A DNA stretch of 64,000 nucleotides, taken from the IMG/VR virus record IMGVR_UViG_3300042556_002263. One strand, given 5' to 3'. Source of the DNA: an uncultured virus (IMG/VR IMGVR_UViG_3300042556_002263). Taxonomy: Duplodnaviria; Heunggongvirae; Uroviricota; Caudoviricetes. Numbering within the stretch: the first letter of the stretch is position 1; each line of letters opens with the position of its first letter. Both the position numbers and the translations under genes were made by a program. This document shows positions 8,121-17,479 of this stretch, one piece after another. The notes beneath the pieces were generated by a model. That model worked only from the letters and a program-made list of their open reading frames with translations. It searched no databases and was not told the origin of the DNA.

Positions 8121-10151
8121 CTACATCCGAGAACCCATTGACCACGCGATTCTGGCCTCACTCTGCGCTATTTCGTATTTTTTCTTTGCTATAAGATTCG
8201 TAAATATTCCAACCAACGATGTTCTGAGCGCAGTTGAACGCTCCTCGCCATCAGCAATGTTGAGAGTCCCCAGTATCGAGTTGCTAATTTGCTGTGCGGT
8301 TTCATCATTGATTGACTTAATTCTCTCAACTTGTGAATTGACCTGAGCAACAATGTCTTCTTTTTTGATTGGTGTCTTAATCAAAGACTTTTCGGCAAAC
8401 ATTGTCTGGGAATCGGTAATTATCGCATTCAACACTGGTTTGATGTCTTCTTCTATTTGCTTTGACCAAACTTCTGTTTGAAAAACGCTTTCGGTGTCAA
8501 GGAATCCAGAGATTAGTTGTTTTCTGGCTTTTGCACCCGCTGCTTTTTCCAGAACAACCCGCTGTTGTCTTTCAAAGATTCTCTCAAGGCTTCTGTCAAG
8601 AATTTCTGTCCATCTATCAAGCGTGTTGTCTTCTTCTGATTTTGTCCGCATTCCTCCATAAGACATTGAAGCCTGCTGTGGTGCCGTCTCCATAGAAGCC
8701 TGTTCTGGCGGAGCAACTTCTGGACCCATTCCAGCCTGTGCAGCCATTGACTGATTCTGTGATGCCAACTCCATTGCGCCCTGCATGGTTGTTGGGTCTG
8801 GAGGAGCGGCACCCTCTGGTGGCATTCCAGGCATTGCCCCTGGTGCCCCTGGTGCCCCTGGCATTCCCGGAGGAGGTGGAGCACCCATGACACCAGCCTG
8901 CGCTGGTTGTTCCATTTTTTTCTTTGTGTTGGCGATTGGTGTCAGGTTTGGGTTTAGTAGCAGAGAGTCTGCTAGGTCGCTTTCGACTTCTTTTCTTCCG
9001 GTTTTATCTCTGTACTCATTGAGGCTGATTAGACCCTGCGTGAACTCTTCTTTTGTGTATCTGTTTCTTTCCTGCTCGTACAAAATTAAAACAGGAACAT
9101 TTGAGACATCAAAATCTATGTAGTAATCATCATCTAGTTCATCTAGCGCTCTACCTATTGGCTCTAGGTGTGGAAGCATTGTTTCGTTCCAGAAAACTCT
9201 AATTTCTTCACCGGCATTAGAAAATGTTCTGCCAGCAGCATTTCCAATGACAGATTCTGGAACGCCAAAAGATGCAAGAATTTCTTCTTTTGTAATCTGA
9301 CGCATCTGAATATATGCAGCGTCTCGTGGGCTTGCTGATGTATCAACAAAGTCAGCGCCATCATCAGAAGAAATAACTGTAGTTGCGCCAGCACGGGCTA
9401 TGTTTCCCCTAAATCTGCTCTTCAGTTCTTCTTTGTCGTCATCGTCTATTTCTCCACGGAGAACAAGTAGACCACCCGGTCTTCCGTCGTTTATAAGATA
9501 ATTTCTGTTATAGACCTTTGCAAGATTTTCAATCTCAACAGCAATTCCCGCTGCTTCAAGCGGCGTCATTGACAGGTATGGGTCAAGCGGGTGCGGTTTT
9601 CTAATCCATATGACGTCTTCTGGTTTCATGTTGACAATTGCACCATTTGGCATTCTCACTTCGTAGCCAGCAACAAACCTCTTGGGGTCAGGTATTGGGG
9701 CAGTGCTTTGTGGCGGCAAAAGGTTTAGACCGATAACAGCACCATCTCGACCGTATATTTTTTCAATGAACACGCCACGAGTGCTCATCAACAACTGAGA
9801 AGAAAGCCTGTACCTAAAAATAAAAGAGTTTTCGCCAATATTAGATTTTGTGTTAAGAAGTTTTAGTATCTCTGAATTTTTTGCTTTGGAGCCCTTGATT
9901 ATCTCGCCATGTGGAGAATTGTCTTTCCTCAAAACTATTGGTAGGCGCGCTTGATTTCCGGCAATGGCGTCGATACATCTTGCTACCCATGTAACCTTCT
10001 GCATTCCTTCCCGGTAGACACGCTCGATGTCCCACGAGTCGGTATAAGGTTTTCCAATAAAACCAGGGTTATGGGACACGGGGGCACCCGGCCCGACAGC
10101 CTTTGACGATTCGTTGTTTAATGATTTATTGCTGTAATTATTCCACGCCAT
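8121..10151 (-). CDS. Phage portal protein (HK97 family) with Pro/Gly/Met-rich linker and C-terminal extension
   Basis: Motifs WVARCIDAIAGNQARLP, EDVIWIRKPHPLDPYLSMTPLEAA, NDGRPGGLL, ITKEEILASFGVPESVIG, GLISLNEYR. Confidence 0.92.
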   Translation of the reverse strand: MAWNNYSNKSLNNESSKAVGPGAPVSHNPGFIGKPYTDSWDIERVYREGMQKVTWVARCIDAIAGNQARLPIVLRKDNSPHGEIIKGSKAKNSEILKLLNTKSNIGENSFIFRYRLSSQLLMSTRGVFIEKIYGRDGAVIGLNLLPPQSTAPIPDPKRFVAGYEVRMPNGAIVNMKPEDVIWIRKPHPLDPYLSMTPLEAAGIAVEIENLAKVYNRNYLINDGRPGGLLVLRGEIDDDDKEELKSRFRGNIARAGATTVISSDDGADFVDTSASPRDAAYIQMRQITKEEILASFGVPESVIGNAAGRTFSNAGEEIRVFWNETMLPHLEPIGRALDELDDDYYIDFDVSNVPVLILYEQERNRYTKEEFTQGLISLNEYRDKTGRKEVESDLADSLLLNPNLTPIANTKKKMEQPAQAGVMGAPPPPGMPGAPGAPGAMPGMPPEGAAPPDPTTMQGAMELASQNQSMAAQAGMGPEVAPPEQASMETAPQQASMSYGGMRTKSEEDNTLDRWTEILDRSLERIFERQQRVVLEKAAGAKARKQLISGFLDTESVFQTEVWSKQIEEDIKPVLNAIITDSQTMFAEKSLIKTPIKKEDIVAQVNSQVERIKSINDETAQQISNSILGTLNIADGEERSTALRTSLVGIFTNLIAKKKYEIAQSEARIAWSMGSRM

Positions 10152-10154
10152 TGC

Positions 10155-10400
10155 TTACTCAAGACCTAGTAGGAATCCCAATATTCCGCATGTAACACCC
10201 GCCGCTAGAAAACCAAGAGCAGGGGAGATTAAGCCCGCTCCGATGCTTGTAAATATAATAAATCCTACCATCAGTGTGTAGGATATAAATGACCTTGTTG
10301 TTGCAGTTCTTGCTTTTGTCAAAAAAGTCCTAATACTGTTTACTGACTTACGCATCGCGTTGGTGATGAAATTGTTCATACAGGAAATACCGTAGCGCAT
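10155..10400 (-). CDS. Small membrane protein upstream of portal (start uncertain)
   Basis: Two hydrophobic segments; small TM genes are common immediately before HK97-type portals. Confidence 0.6.
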   Translation of the reverse strand: MRYGISCMNNFITNAMRKSVNSIRTFLTKARTATTRSFISYTLMVGFIIFTSIGAGLISPALGFLAAGVTCGILGFLLGLE

Positions 10401-10438
10401 AAATCGTTTTTATGCAGCAATACCCGTACAGGAAAAAA

Positions 10439-11743
10439 ATGACCGACTGGGCAAAAGTTTTAGAGTATTTAGAGCCGAAGAAGCCACCGTTCTGCCCTGA
10501 AGAGCCGTCTTTAACTCAAAAAGTGTTTTTGAGAACAAATGCAATAGAGGCTTTGTTTGGTGGTGCTGCAGGTGGAGGAAAGTCGTCTGCTCTACTGATG
10601 TCTGCACTTCAATATGTTGACGTTCCTGGCTACTCCGCAATTCTCTTCAGAAGAACATTTGCCGACTTATCTCTTCCCGGCGCTCTCATGGACAGATTTA
10701 AGACATGGGTTGACGAAATGGACGGCATTCACTGGAACGCCAACAGTTATGTGGCAACCTTTCCTTCTGGCGCAAGAATTTCGTTCGGCTACTTGAACAA
10801 CACGAACGACTACCTCAGATATAAGGGTTCGGAATTTCAGTTCATCGGAATGGATGAGGTGACTGAAATTCGTGAATCTGATTACAGATATTTGTTCTCC
10901 CGTCTCCGTCGTCCTGCTTCTGGACCACTCTCTCAAGTTCCACTGCGAATGAGATGCGCATCCAACCCTGCACCCAACTGGGTCAGACAGCGTTTCATTA
11001 TTGAGGGGCTGGAAAAGGGGAGAATCTTCGTTCCGTCAAAACTGACCGATAACCCTGGAATTGACGCTGATTCGTATCGTCAAGCCCTGCAAGCCCTTGA
11101 CCCCATTGAGCGGAGAAGGTTGGAGGAGGGTGACTGGTGGTCAACCACCCTGGGAACAATGTTTGAAAGAGAGTCAGTTGTTATAATTGATAACTCGGAC
11201 ATTCCGGTGGTTACATCTGCGGCTAGGGCTGTCAGATTCTGGGACCTTGCGGCTACGGAGCCGTCACAGACGACCCCCAACCCTGACTGGACTGTTGGTA
11301 CATTGATGTTGTTTGATTCTGGTATTGCCTACATCTTGGATGTCCGTAAAATAAGGGCCAAAGGGGAAAAAGTAGAGCAATTTGTTGCCCAGACAGCCTA
11401 CGAGGACGGGAAAGGCGTAAGCATTAGAATGGAACAAGAACCAGGTTCCGCAGGTAAGGCACTGGTTGACCAATACGCCAGATATGTGGTTCCAGGCCAT
11501 GATTTCCAGGGAATTCGCTCAACTGGCGACAAGGTAACTAGGGCAAGACCATTTGCTGCCGCCGTTGCTAATGGAAATGTCCGCATTGTCCGTGGACCGT
11601 GGTTAACCGAATGGATGGATGAACTTTCTTCATTCCCGGAAGCATGCGACCATGACGACCAAGTTGACTCAGCCGTTGGGGCGTTTACATATTTGACAGG
11701 ACTAGGGTTGCCACAAAGAAAAATCGTCAGTATCATCGTCTGA
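10439..11743 (+). CDS. terL: Terminase large subunit
   Basis: Walker A GGAAGGGKS, Walker B FIGMDEVTE, coupling motif ASNP, RNase H-like nuclease (RFWDLAA...DWTVG, EQEPGSAG, HDDQVDS). Start placed at the ATG following AGGAAAA. Confidence 0.95.
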   Translation: MTDWAKVLEYLEPKKPPFCPEEPSLTQKVFLRTNAIEALFGGAAGGGKSSALLMSALQYVDVPGYSAILFRRTFADLSLPGALMDRFKTWVDEMDGIHWNANSYVATFPSGARISFGYLNNTNDYLRYKGSEFQFIGMDEVTEIRESDYRYLFSRLRRPASGPLSQVPLRMRCASNPAPNWVRQRFIIEGLEKGRIFVPSKLTDNPGIDADSYRQALQALDPIERRRLEEGDWWSTTLGTMFERESVVIIDNSDIPVVTSAARAVRFWDLAATEPSQTTPNPDWTVGTLMLFDSGIAYILDVRKIRAKGEKVEQFVAQTAYEDGKGVSIRMEQEPGSAGKALVDQYARYVVPGHDFQGIRSTGDKVTRARPFAAAVANGNVRIVRGPWLTEWMDELSSFPEACDHDDQVDSAVGAFTYLTGLGLPQRKIVSIIV

Positions 11744-11766
11744 TAACTGATGATTGGAGTTTATAG

Positions 11767-12270
11767 GTGTTAAAACCGGAGCATATTTCCCCTTTTCTTA
11801 TAGAATTAGATGAGTTCCTGAATAGTGACGATATTGCCAATGCGCCACTAAATGAGGCGTTAGGACAGTTGGTTGCGCTTAACGAACTTAAAAAGGAACT
11901 GTCTATGGTTTATGAATCATACGCAGCAAAACTGGCGCACCGTATGGAGTCCGAGCAGTCAACGATTGTGACGCTTGAGTCTGGTGCCGAAATCAAGTGC
12001 ATGACCAGCGCGCCTCGCAAAAAGTGGGACAACCAAAACCTTGTGTCCGTTGTGTATGACAGATTGAAGAGTTCATCTGTGGATATGGATACTGGCGAGG
12101 TCGGGTTGTCAGACAAGGAGATAGTCATTAAACTCCTTGACTACTTGAGCCCTTCTTACTGGAGGGTCAAGGCTCTTAACGAACTAGGAATAAATGCCGA
12201 TATGTACTGCGAAACTGGTGAACCAAAAACCAATATTGCAATTTTCGGCGCTCACAAGGAGACCAAGTAA
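11767..12270 (+). CDS. Hypothetical protein, coupled to the annealase gene
   Basis: 167-aa ORF with RBS GGAG; stop overlaps the next start (TAATG). Confidence 0.7.
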   Translation: MLKPEHISPFLIELDEFLNSDDIANAPLNEALGQLVALNELKKELSMVYESYAAKLAHRMESEQSTIVTLESGAEIKCMTSAPRKKWDNQNLVSVVYDRLKSSSVDMDTGEVGLSDKEIVIKLLDYLSPSYWRVKALNELGINADMYCETGEPKTNIAIFGAHKETK

Positions 12271-13016
12271 TGGCTACTAAGAAAGTGGAAACAGCAGAAC
12301 CAGTCGAGGCTGTTGATTTGAAGGATATTCTTCCTCCCGACTGGCAGGAAATGCGCAATAGAGAAATGCGCGAGGCTCAGGAAAAGATGACCAAAATGCA
12401 TAACGAACTCTCTGAGCCATTTCCGAAAGAAGTTGAGCGCATTCTTAAAAAGGGTGGGGCGAGCCTTACCTACATTCCCGTCAGCGAGGTAATCAATCGC
12501 CTCAATAAGGTTCTCGGTTTTGATGGTTGGTCGTATGAAATCATCAAGTGCGAACGAGACGCCCTTGACCCAGACTTCATTGTTGCCCATGTCCGAATGA
12601 CCGTATATCCAGGAACAGACAAGTTCATCAGCGTCACCAAAGACGGTTTCGGTGGTCAGAAAATCAAGCGCACTAAGAATGGCGACATTGTCGACCTTGG
12701 TGATGAGTTCAAGGGTGCTGTTTCTGATGCGCTAAAGAAGGCAGCACAGGCTCTCGGTGTCGGCCTCTATCTCGCTAGAACAGAAGAGGCGATGGAGGCA
12801 GAAGCGGAAGCATCTATCGACCCACAGGTTGATGCAATGTGGGAGCAGTTTGTTGAACTTTCCCGAAGCCTTTCAGTTGAAGCAAAGGCGGGTCTGAATG
12901 ACTTTTGGAAGACTCACGCTGGCGATAGACCAAAGCCGACCCGCCAGACCGCAAAAATGGCAGACCTTGAGGCGCTCATCCAACAGTGCATCAACCTCAC
13001 CATGAATGCCGAATAG
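12270..13016 (+). CDS. Rad52/22-family single-strand annealing protein (Sak-like)
   Basis: LTYIPVSEVINRLNKVLGFDGWSYEI...FKGAVSDALKKAAQALGVGLYL. Confidence 0.9.
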   Translation: MATKKVETAEPVEAVDLKDILPPDWQEMRNREMREAQEKMTKMHNELSEPFPKEVERILKKGGASLTYIPVSEVINRLNKVLGFDGWSYEIIKCERDALDPDFIVAHVRMTVYPGTDKFISVTKDGFGGQKIKRTKNGDIVDLGDEFKGAVSDALKKAAQALGVGLYLARTEEAMEAEAEASIDPQVDAMWEQFVELSRSLSVEAKAGLNDFWKTHAGDRPKPTRQTAKMADLEALIQQCINLTMNAE

Positions 13017-13778
13017 ATGCCGTTCAAGCCACCACCACATCTTTCGCCTTCGTCCATAGGGACATACAAACAATGCCCCCTGAAATTCAAGTATTCAAAA
13101 ATAGACTTGATGCAGGAAGACCCAACAGAGGCAACTCTGATGGGCAATTTTGTTCACGAAGTTCTTGAAACTCTTTATGCACTTGAGCCGGAAAAGCGAA
13201 CACAGCAAGAAGCAAAAACAATAGCCTCTAGTCTTTGGTCTGAATCGTGGATGGACAGAGTCACCCCATGGGTGAGAGGTGAAGAAAAACTTCGCCTGTT
13301 CCGATGGAAGTCATGGTGGTGTGTTGAAAATCTTTGGAAGATAGAAAATCCAGAGAAAACTCAGCCAGCAGGAATAGAGCACGAACTCAACGGGCAAATC
13401 GGTGGAGTAACAATAAAGGGCTTCATCGATAGGTACTCGTGGGAAGGACTTGGGTATGTCATTTCTGACTACAAAACGGGCAAAACACCAAAAGCCGCTT
13501 GGGTACAGGATAAGTTCTTCCAACTTGTTGTGTATTCACATCTCCTTCAGTCAACTGGAGTCGGACATGTCCAAAGCGTTGAACTTCTCTACCTCAAAGA
13601 TGGAGTTTCTTTTAAGCAGGAAGTTACGGAAAAAATGCTTTCCGAAGTTGAGGAACAAGTTGTTTCAGTAAAGCAACAGATAGACTTCAGTTGCGAGAAC
13701 GAAGATTTCAAACCGAATAAATCAATCCTCTGTGATTGGTGTTCTTTTAGAAAGGTATGCCCTGCATGGCGGTCATGA
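13017..13778 (+). CDS. PD-(D/E)XK RecB-family / Cas4-like exonuclease with Fe-S cysteines
   Basis: HLSPSSIGTYKQCP, GNFVHEVLE, GFIDR, ISDYKTGK, QLVVY, CDWCSFRKVCP. Confidence 0.9.
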   Translation: MPFKPPPHLSPSSIGTYKQCPLKFKYSKIDLMQEDPTEATLMGNFVHEVLETLYALEPEKRTQQEAKTIASSLWSESWMDRVTPWVRGEEKLRLFRWKSWWCVENLWKIENPEKTQPAGIEHELNGQIGGVTIKGFIDRYSWEGLGYVISDYKTGKTPKAAWVQDKFFQLVVYSHLLQSTGVGHVQSVELLYLKDGVSFKQEVTEKMLSEVEEQVVSVKQQIDFSCENEDFKPNKSILCDWCSFRKVCPAWRS

Positions 13779-14281
13779 TTAGTGATGATGCTTTCGCCCG
13801 AATGGTTTCAGAGGATGTGAAAAACAAAATTTCCTCTGCCGAAAAAAGTGTCCTTATGCAACCAGAAAACTGGAGCAGATGGAAGGAAACACTTCTTGTT
13901 CTCGTTGAGAACCTAGACAGACAGATTGAGTCGCTGGCAAACGATGCTGATGCCGATGCCGAGCGTTACCTGTCTATGGGTCGTAGTGGCGAGCGCCTAG
14001 CCTCTGCTGCTGCTCGTGACTATCAGTTCAGAATCAAAAAGATTGACAGGTTCAAGTTCCATGTAAATCGTCGCCTTGATGAAGTCATGGTCATGATTGA
14101 GACAGGCGATGTCAAAGAGGAAAACGGTTGGGAGAGGGCTGCGTTTTTGGAAAACGCAATCTATAGACACCGTGCCCTACTCAGAGAATTTGAACTAGAG
14201 GAAACCCCAGTTGACAGGGCTCTCTGGGCAGCGCTTGAGGGGAATTGGGATTTTGATTCGATTGATGAGGACAGCATCTGA
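13775..14281 (+). CDS. Hypothetical protein
   Basis: Helical 168-aa ORF; ATGA overlap with the exonuclease stop. Confidence 0.7.
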   Translation: MISDDAFARMVSEDVKNKISSAEKSVLMQPENWSRWKETLLVLVENLDRQIESLANDADADAERYLSMGRSGERLASAAARDYQFRIKKIDRFKFHVNRRLDEVMVMIETGDVKEENGWERAAFLENAIYRHRALLREFELEETPVDRALWAALEGNWDFDSIDEDSI

Positions 14282-14433
14282 TGCAGGTTGATATTGACAG
14301 AGTTGTTGCCGCCCTAACTGAGCAGATTGCTAACCTGTTCAGGGATAATGCAATACTCAGAGTTCTTGTATCCCAACTCGAGGCTGAACTAGAATCTGTC
14401 CGTGCGGCACAGGTCAAAGAAAAAGCAGGATGA
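14281..14433 (+). CDS. Small coiled-coil hypothetical protein (50 aa, not in ORF track)
   Basis: MQVDIDRVVAALTEQIANLFRDNAILRVLVSQLEAELESVRAAQVKEKAG; TGATG coupling, upstream GAGGA. Confidence 0.6.
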   Translation: MQVDIDRVVAALTEQIANLFRDNAILRVLVSQLEAELESVRAAQVKEKAG

Positions 14434-14704
14434 ATACAAACTTCGAGTTCCGCTGGTAAAGCGATTACTTGAAGAAAAACCATACTGTGAAGCGTGCCCT
14501 GTATTTGCAGGACATGATGGTCTTGTTACTTATCGTAGACAACGCTCAGTTGACATACACGAGATAGTTAGACGCTCGCAGGGTGGCTCAATCCTGGATG
14601 AAGCAAATCTCCTCGCTGTATGCAGGCCATGCCATAACAGAATAGGCAGAGAGCCAGCCCTTGCGTTTGAACTGGGTCTAGCCAAGCACGGGTGGGAACA
14701 ATGA
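14402..14704 (+). CDS. HNH endonuclease
   Basis: CEAC...DIHEIVRRSQGGSILDEANLLAVCRPCHN. Confidence 0.85.
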   Translation: MRHRSKKKQDEYKLRVPLVKRLLEEKPYCEACPVFAGHDGLVTYRRQRSVDIHEIVRRSQGGSILDEANLLAVCRPCHNRIGREPALAFELGLAKHGWEQ

Positions 14705-15231
14705 GCCTCATGGGTCTCGACATATCTCTCACCTCCACTGGGTACAGCATTGACGGCTCTACTGGTTTGATAAAAGTCAATTCTCGTGGGGCGCAAAGAC
14801 TCCACGAAATAAGCCAAGCAGTTCTAATTATGTGTTCTGAATATTCTATTGACACCGTAATCCTTGAAGGATATTCTTTTGCTTCTAGGAACTCTCAGGC
14901 ACACAGCATTGGGGAATTAGGTGGGTGTATCAGAATGCGTTTATGGGAAAACACAATTCCATATGTGGAAGTCCCACCTACATCAAGAGCAAAGTTTGCA
15001 ACAGGTAAAGGAAATGCTGGAAAAACAGAAGTTATATCTTCTATTTCCTCAAAAACTGGAATGGTTTTTTCTGGCTCTGGAGCGGATGACGAATGCGATG
15101 CGTGGGTCCTTGAACAGATGGGATTGGCCCAACTCGGAAAATCTAAATATCAGTGGACCAAAGAGCAGTTATCTGCACTTGAAAAAATAGACTGGTCACA
15201 AATGAACGGAGTAATTAATGCCCAGAAATAA
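14701..15231 (+). CDS. RuvC-like Holliday junction resolvase
   Basis: MGLDISLTSTG, VILEGYSF, VPPTSRAKFATGKGNAGK, DDECDAW. Confidence 0.88.
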   Translation: MSLMGLDISLTSTGYSIDGSTGLIKVNSRGAQRLHEISQAVLIMCSEYSIDTVILEGYSFASRNSQAHSIGELGGCIRMRLWENTIPYVEVPPTSRAKFATGKGNAGKTEVISSISSKTGMVFSGSGADDECDAWVLEQMGLAQLGKSKYQWTKEQLSALEKIDWSQMNGVINAQK

Positions 15232-15565
15232 TCCCATAAGTCAGGTTGAAATTGAGGGAGAACTTATGCGTCTTATGGACATGCTTGAATCCGAAACAGA
15301 AGCATTTGAGTCGCTTGCAGAAGACCTTGCTAAAAAAGAGGCTCTTTACAAATCAAACTGGGCCAAAGAATACTTGTCGGCCAAGGGTTCAATTAAGGAA
15401 CGCGAAGCGTGGGCTGACTACAAACTCGCAGACGAAAACTTTGATTACAAGATTGCAGAAGCACTTCTCAAATCAAAGAGAGAGAAACTGCTATCTTTGC
15501 GAACCTCGATAGATGCGCTCAGGACCCTGAACGCCAATGTCCGCATACAGGTTGGTAACCAATGA
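15218..15565 (+). CDS. Hypothetical coiled-coil protein
   Basis: 115-aa ORF with RBS GGAG, coupled to both neighbours. Confidence 0.7.
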   Translation: MPRNNPISQVEIEGELMRLMDMLESETEAFESLAEDLAKKEALYKSNWAKEYLSAKGSIKEREAWADYKLADENFDYKIAEALLKSKREKLLSLRTSIDALRTLNANVRIQVGNQ

Positions 15566-16335
15566 CGAAAATATCAAACGACCTATTGTCTCTTGCTCTC
15601 CCAATAGAAAATTTAATACCCCTGCAAAATAATCCGCGCAAGGGAAATGTGGAAGCAATTATGGCTTCATATAAAGAGTTCGGACAAATGAAACCAATTG
15701 TCGTGCGCCCTGAAAAAGACGGAACTTATGTTGTAATAGCGGGAAACCACCAATTGCAGGCCGCAAAAAATCTTGGGTGGACAGAAATAGCCGCCGTTCA
15801 GATGAACGCAGACGAAGAGAGGGCAATTGCGTTTGCGCTTGCCGATAACAGAACAATGGAACTCGGTCATACTGACCCATCTTTGCTGAATGACATCGTT
15901 GTTGACATCTGGGATGGATATCCGGAATTGTTTGAGGGTCTTGGCTGGGATGAGTTTGAACTTGCAGCCATCCAGGAAAGTCAGTTTGAAACAGAAGACA
16001 TTTCCCCTACAACAGGAGGATATGTTGCACCAACCCTTGTTACTGAGCCATTTCAACCGACAAACATAGTTATTGAGCAGTCAGAGGATGGTGAACGCAA
16101 GATTGTTGCGAATAGCGATTTTGACCACAATAAAGTCGCTGTTTCTGGAAGCACAATAGTTTCTCCTGGCTCGGCACCACAGGCAGTCGTTCAATACACT
16201 TTGGTTTTTGATAACCCAGACCAACAGCGTAGATGGTATGAGTTCATACGCTGGCTTAGGAATGACCCCGCAATCGAGGGAAATACAACTGCAGAAAAAC
16301 TTATTGACTTTATTGACCAGCACATAGAGATTTGA
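15562..16335 (+). CDS. ParB/Srx N-terminal domain protein
   Basis: NNPRKGNVEAIMASYKEFGQMKPIVV...VIAGNHQLQAAKNLGW...ALADNR. Confidence 0.88.
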   Translation: MTKISNDLLSLALPIENLIPLQNNPRKGNVEAIMASYKEFGQMKPIVVRPEKDGTYVVIAGNHQLQAAKNLGWTEIAAVQMNADEERAIAFALADNRTMELGHTDPSLLNDIVVDIWDGYPELFEGLGWDEFELAAIQESQFETEDISPTTGGYVAPTLVTEPFQPTNIVIEQSEDGERKIVANSDFDHNKVAVSGSTIVSPGSAPQAVVQYTLVFDNPDQQRRWYEFIRWLRNDPAIEGNTTAEKLIDFIDQHIEI

Positions 16336-16336
16336 C

Positions 16337-17479
16337 ATGACCAAACAACGCATGTTTCTAAATATCAGTTGTGTTGAGGCTGCTCGCCAACGAATACGCC
16401 ATGTCTACGACACATTTGACACAGTTTGTGTTCAGTTTTCTGGCGGGAAAGACTCGACCGCTATTCTCTATTTAGCCAAAGAAGTCCACGAAGAACGCGG
16501 TCTCGGTCCTGTAAAAGTCATATTCAGGGACGAAGAGATGGTTAGCCCAACCATCTATGACTATGTAAATAAAGTCAGACAGTATGACTGGGTTGACATG
16601 GAGTGGTATTGCCTTCCGTATGCAAATGAAGTTTGGGTTCTTGGAATCAGAGAGAACATACTTCAATGGGACCCGGTTAGGGCTGCTCAAGGAAAACTTG
16701 TTAGAGAAATGCCATCTTGGGCAATAAATGCTTCGCACTATGGATTACCCATGGATGAGACACCTCCAGAAAGCATTGACTACTACACGCTCCAGGGAAA
16801 GAAAGGGAGTGTTGCTTTTTTGACTGGAGTTAGGGCTAATGAGTCTATGGTTAGATACCGTTCTCTTGTTCAAAAGGTTCATGAGAACTACATTGTCTCT
16901 CCTTACAAGATGAAAAAATCGATACCTCTAAAGTTTGCAAAAGTCATATATGACTGGCAGACAAATGACGTATTCAAATTTATTTCAGAAGAACACAATG
17001 CTGAATACTGTGAGTACTACGACCTGGCGGCTATGACTGGCTCAAATACTCGGGTCGGCATTCCGCTTCATGCAGTTGCAATTCGTAGAATAGGCGATGT
17101 TGTTGCAACCGAGCCAGACTTTTACGACAGGCTCTGGGATGTATGGCCAGAAATAGATGCACAGCGGCGCTGGTGGCCAGATTTCGATATGGAAAAATAC
17201 ATAGAGAGTTACGCCGTTGACGGGTTTGAGGGCGCAAAACGATGCATAGAAGAAAATACTTCTGACGACCTAGATAAGCGTAGGGCGATGGCGTATGTTG
17301 CTGACTTCAGAAAAAAACACCTCAAGGACCCGTATTCGTACCCAATGAATTGGTTAATCAGAAATCTTTTGACGGCAGAACTTACTGGTGTTGCCGCAGC
17401 GCCAGTTGGGCCGAAAACAAAAGCAGATACCCTCAGGCAAAAGGCAGCACAACAGGAGTTGGATAATGAACAAAATTGA
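16337..17479 (+). CDS. PAPS-reductase-family (PP-loop) protein, IbrA-like
   Basis: EAARQRIRHVYDTFDTVCVQFSGGKDS, FRDEE, GVRANESMVR, IYDWQTNDVF; followed by a ParB-like partner as in IbrA/IbrB pairs. Confidence 0.85.
   Translation: MTKQRMFLNISCVEAARQRIRHVYDTFDTVCVQFSGGKDSTAILYLAKEVHEERGLGPVKVIFRDEEMVSPTIYDYVNKVRQYDWVDMEWYCLPYANEVWVLGIRENILQWDPVRAAQGKLVREMPSWAINASHYGLPMDETPPESIDYYTLQGKKGSVAFLTGVRANESMVRYRSLVQKVHENYIVSPYKMKKSIPLKFAKVIYDWQTNDVFKFISEEHNAEYCEYYDLAAMTGSNTRVGIPLHAVAIRRIGDVVATEPDFYDRLWDVWPEIDAQRRWWPDFDMEKYIESYAVDGFEGAKRCIEENTSDDLDKRRAMAYVADFRKKHLKDPYSYPMNWLIRNLLTAELTGVAAAPVGPKTKADTLRQKAAQQELDNEQN

Noticed and set aside
16337..17479. Sulfate-assimilation cysH auxiliary gene or a complete Dnd phosphorothioation system
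   Set aside because: Architecture and ParB partner fit IbrA-like proteins; no dndA/B/D/E or other cys genes in the window
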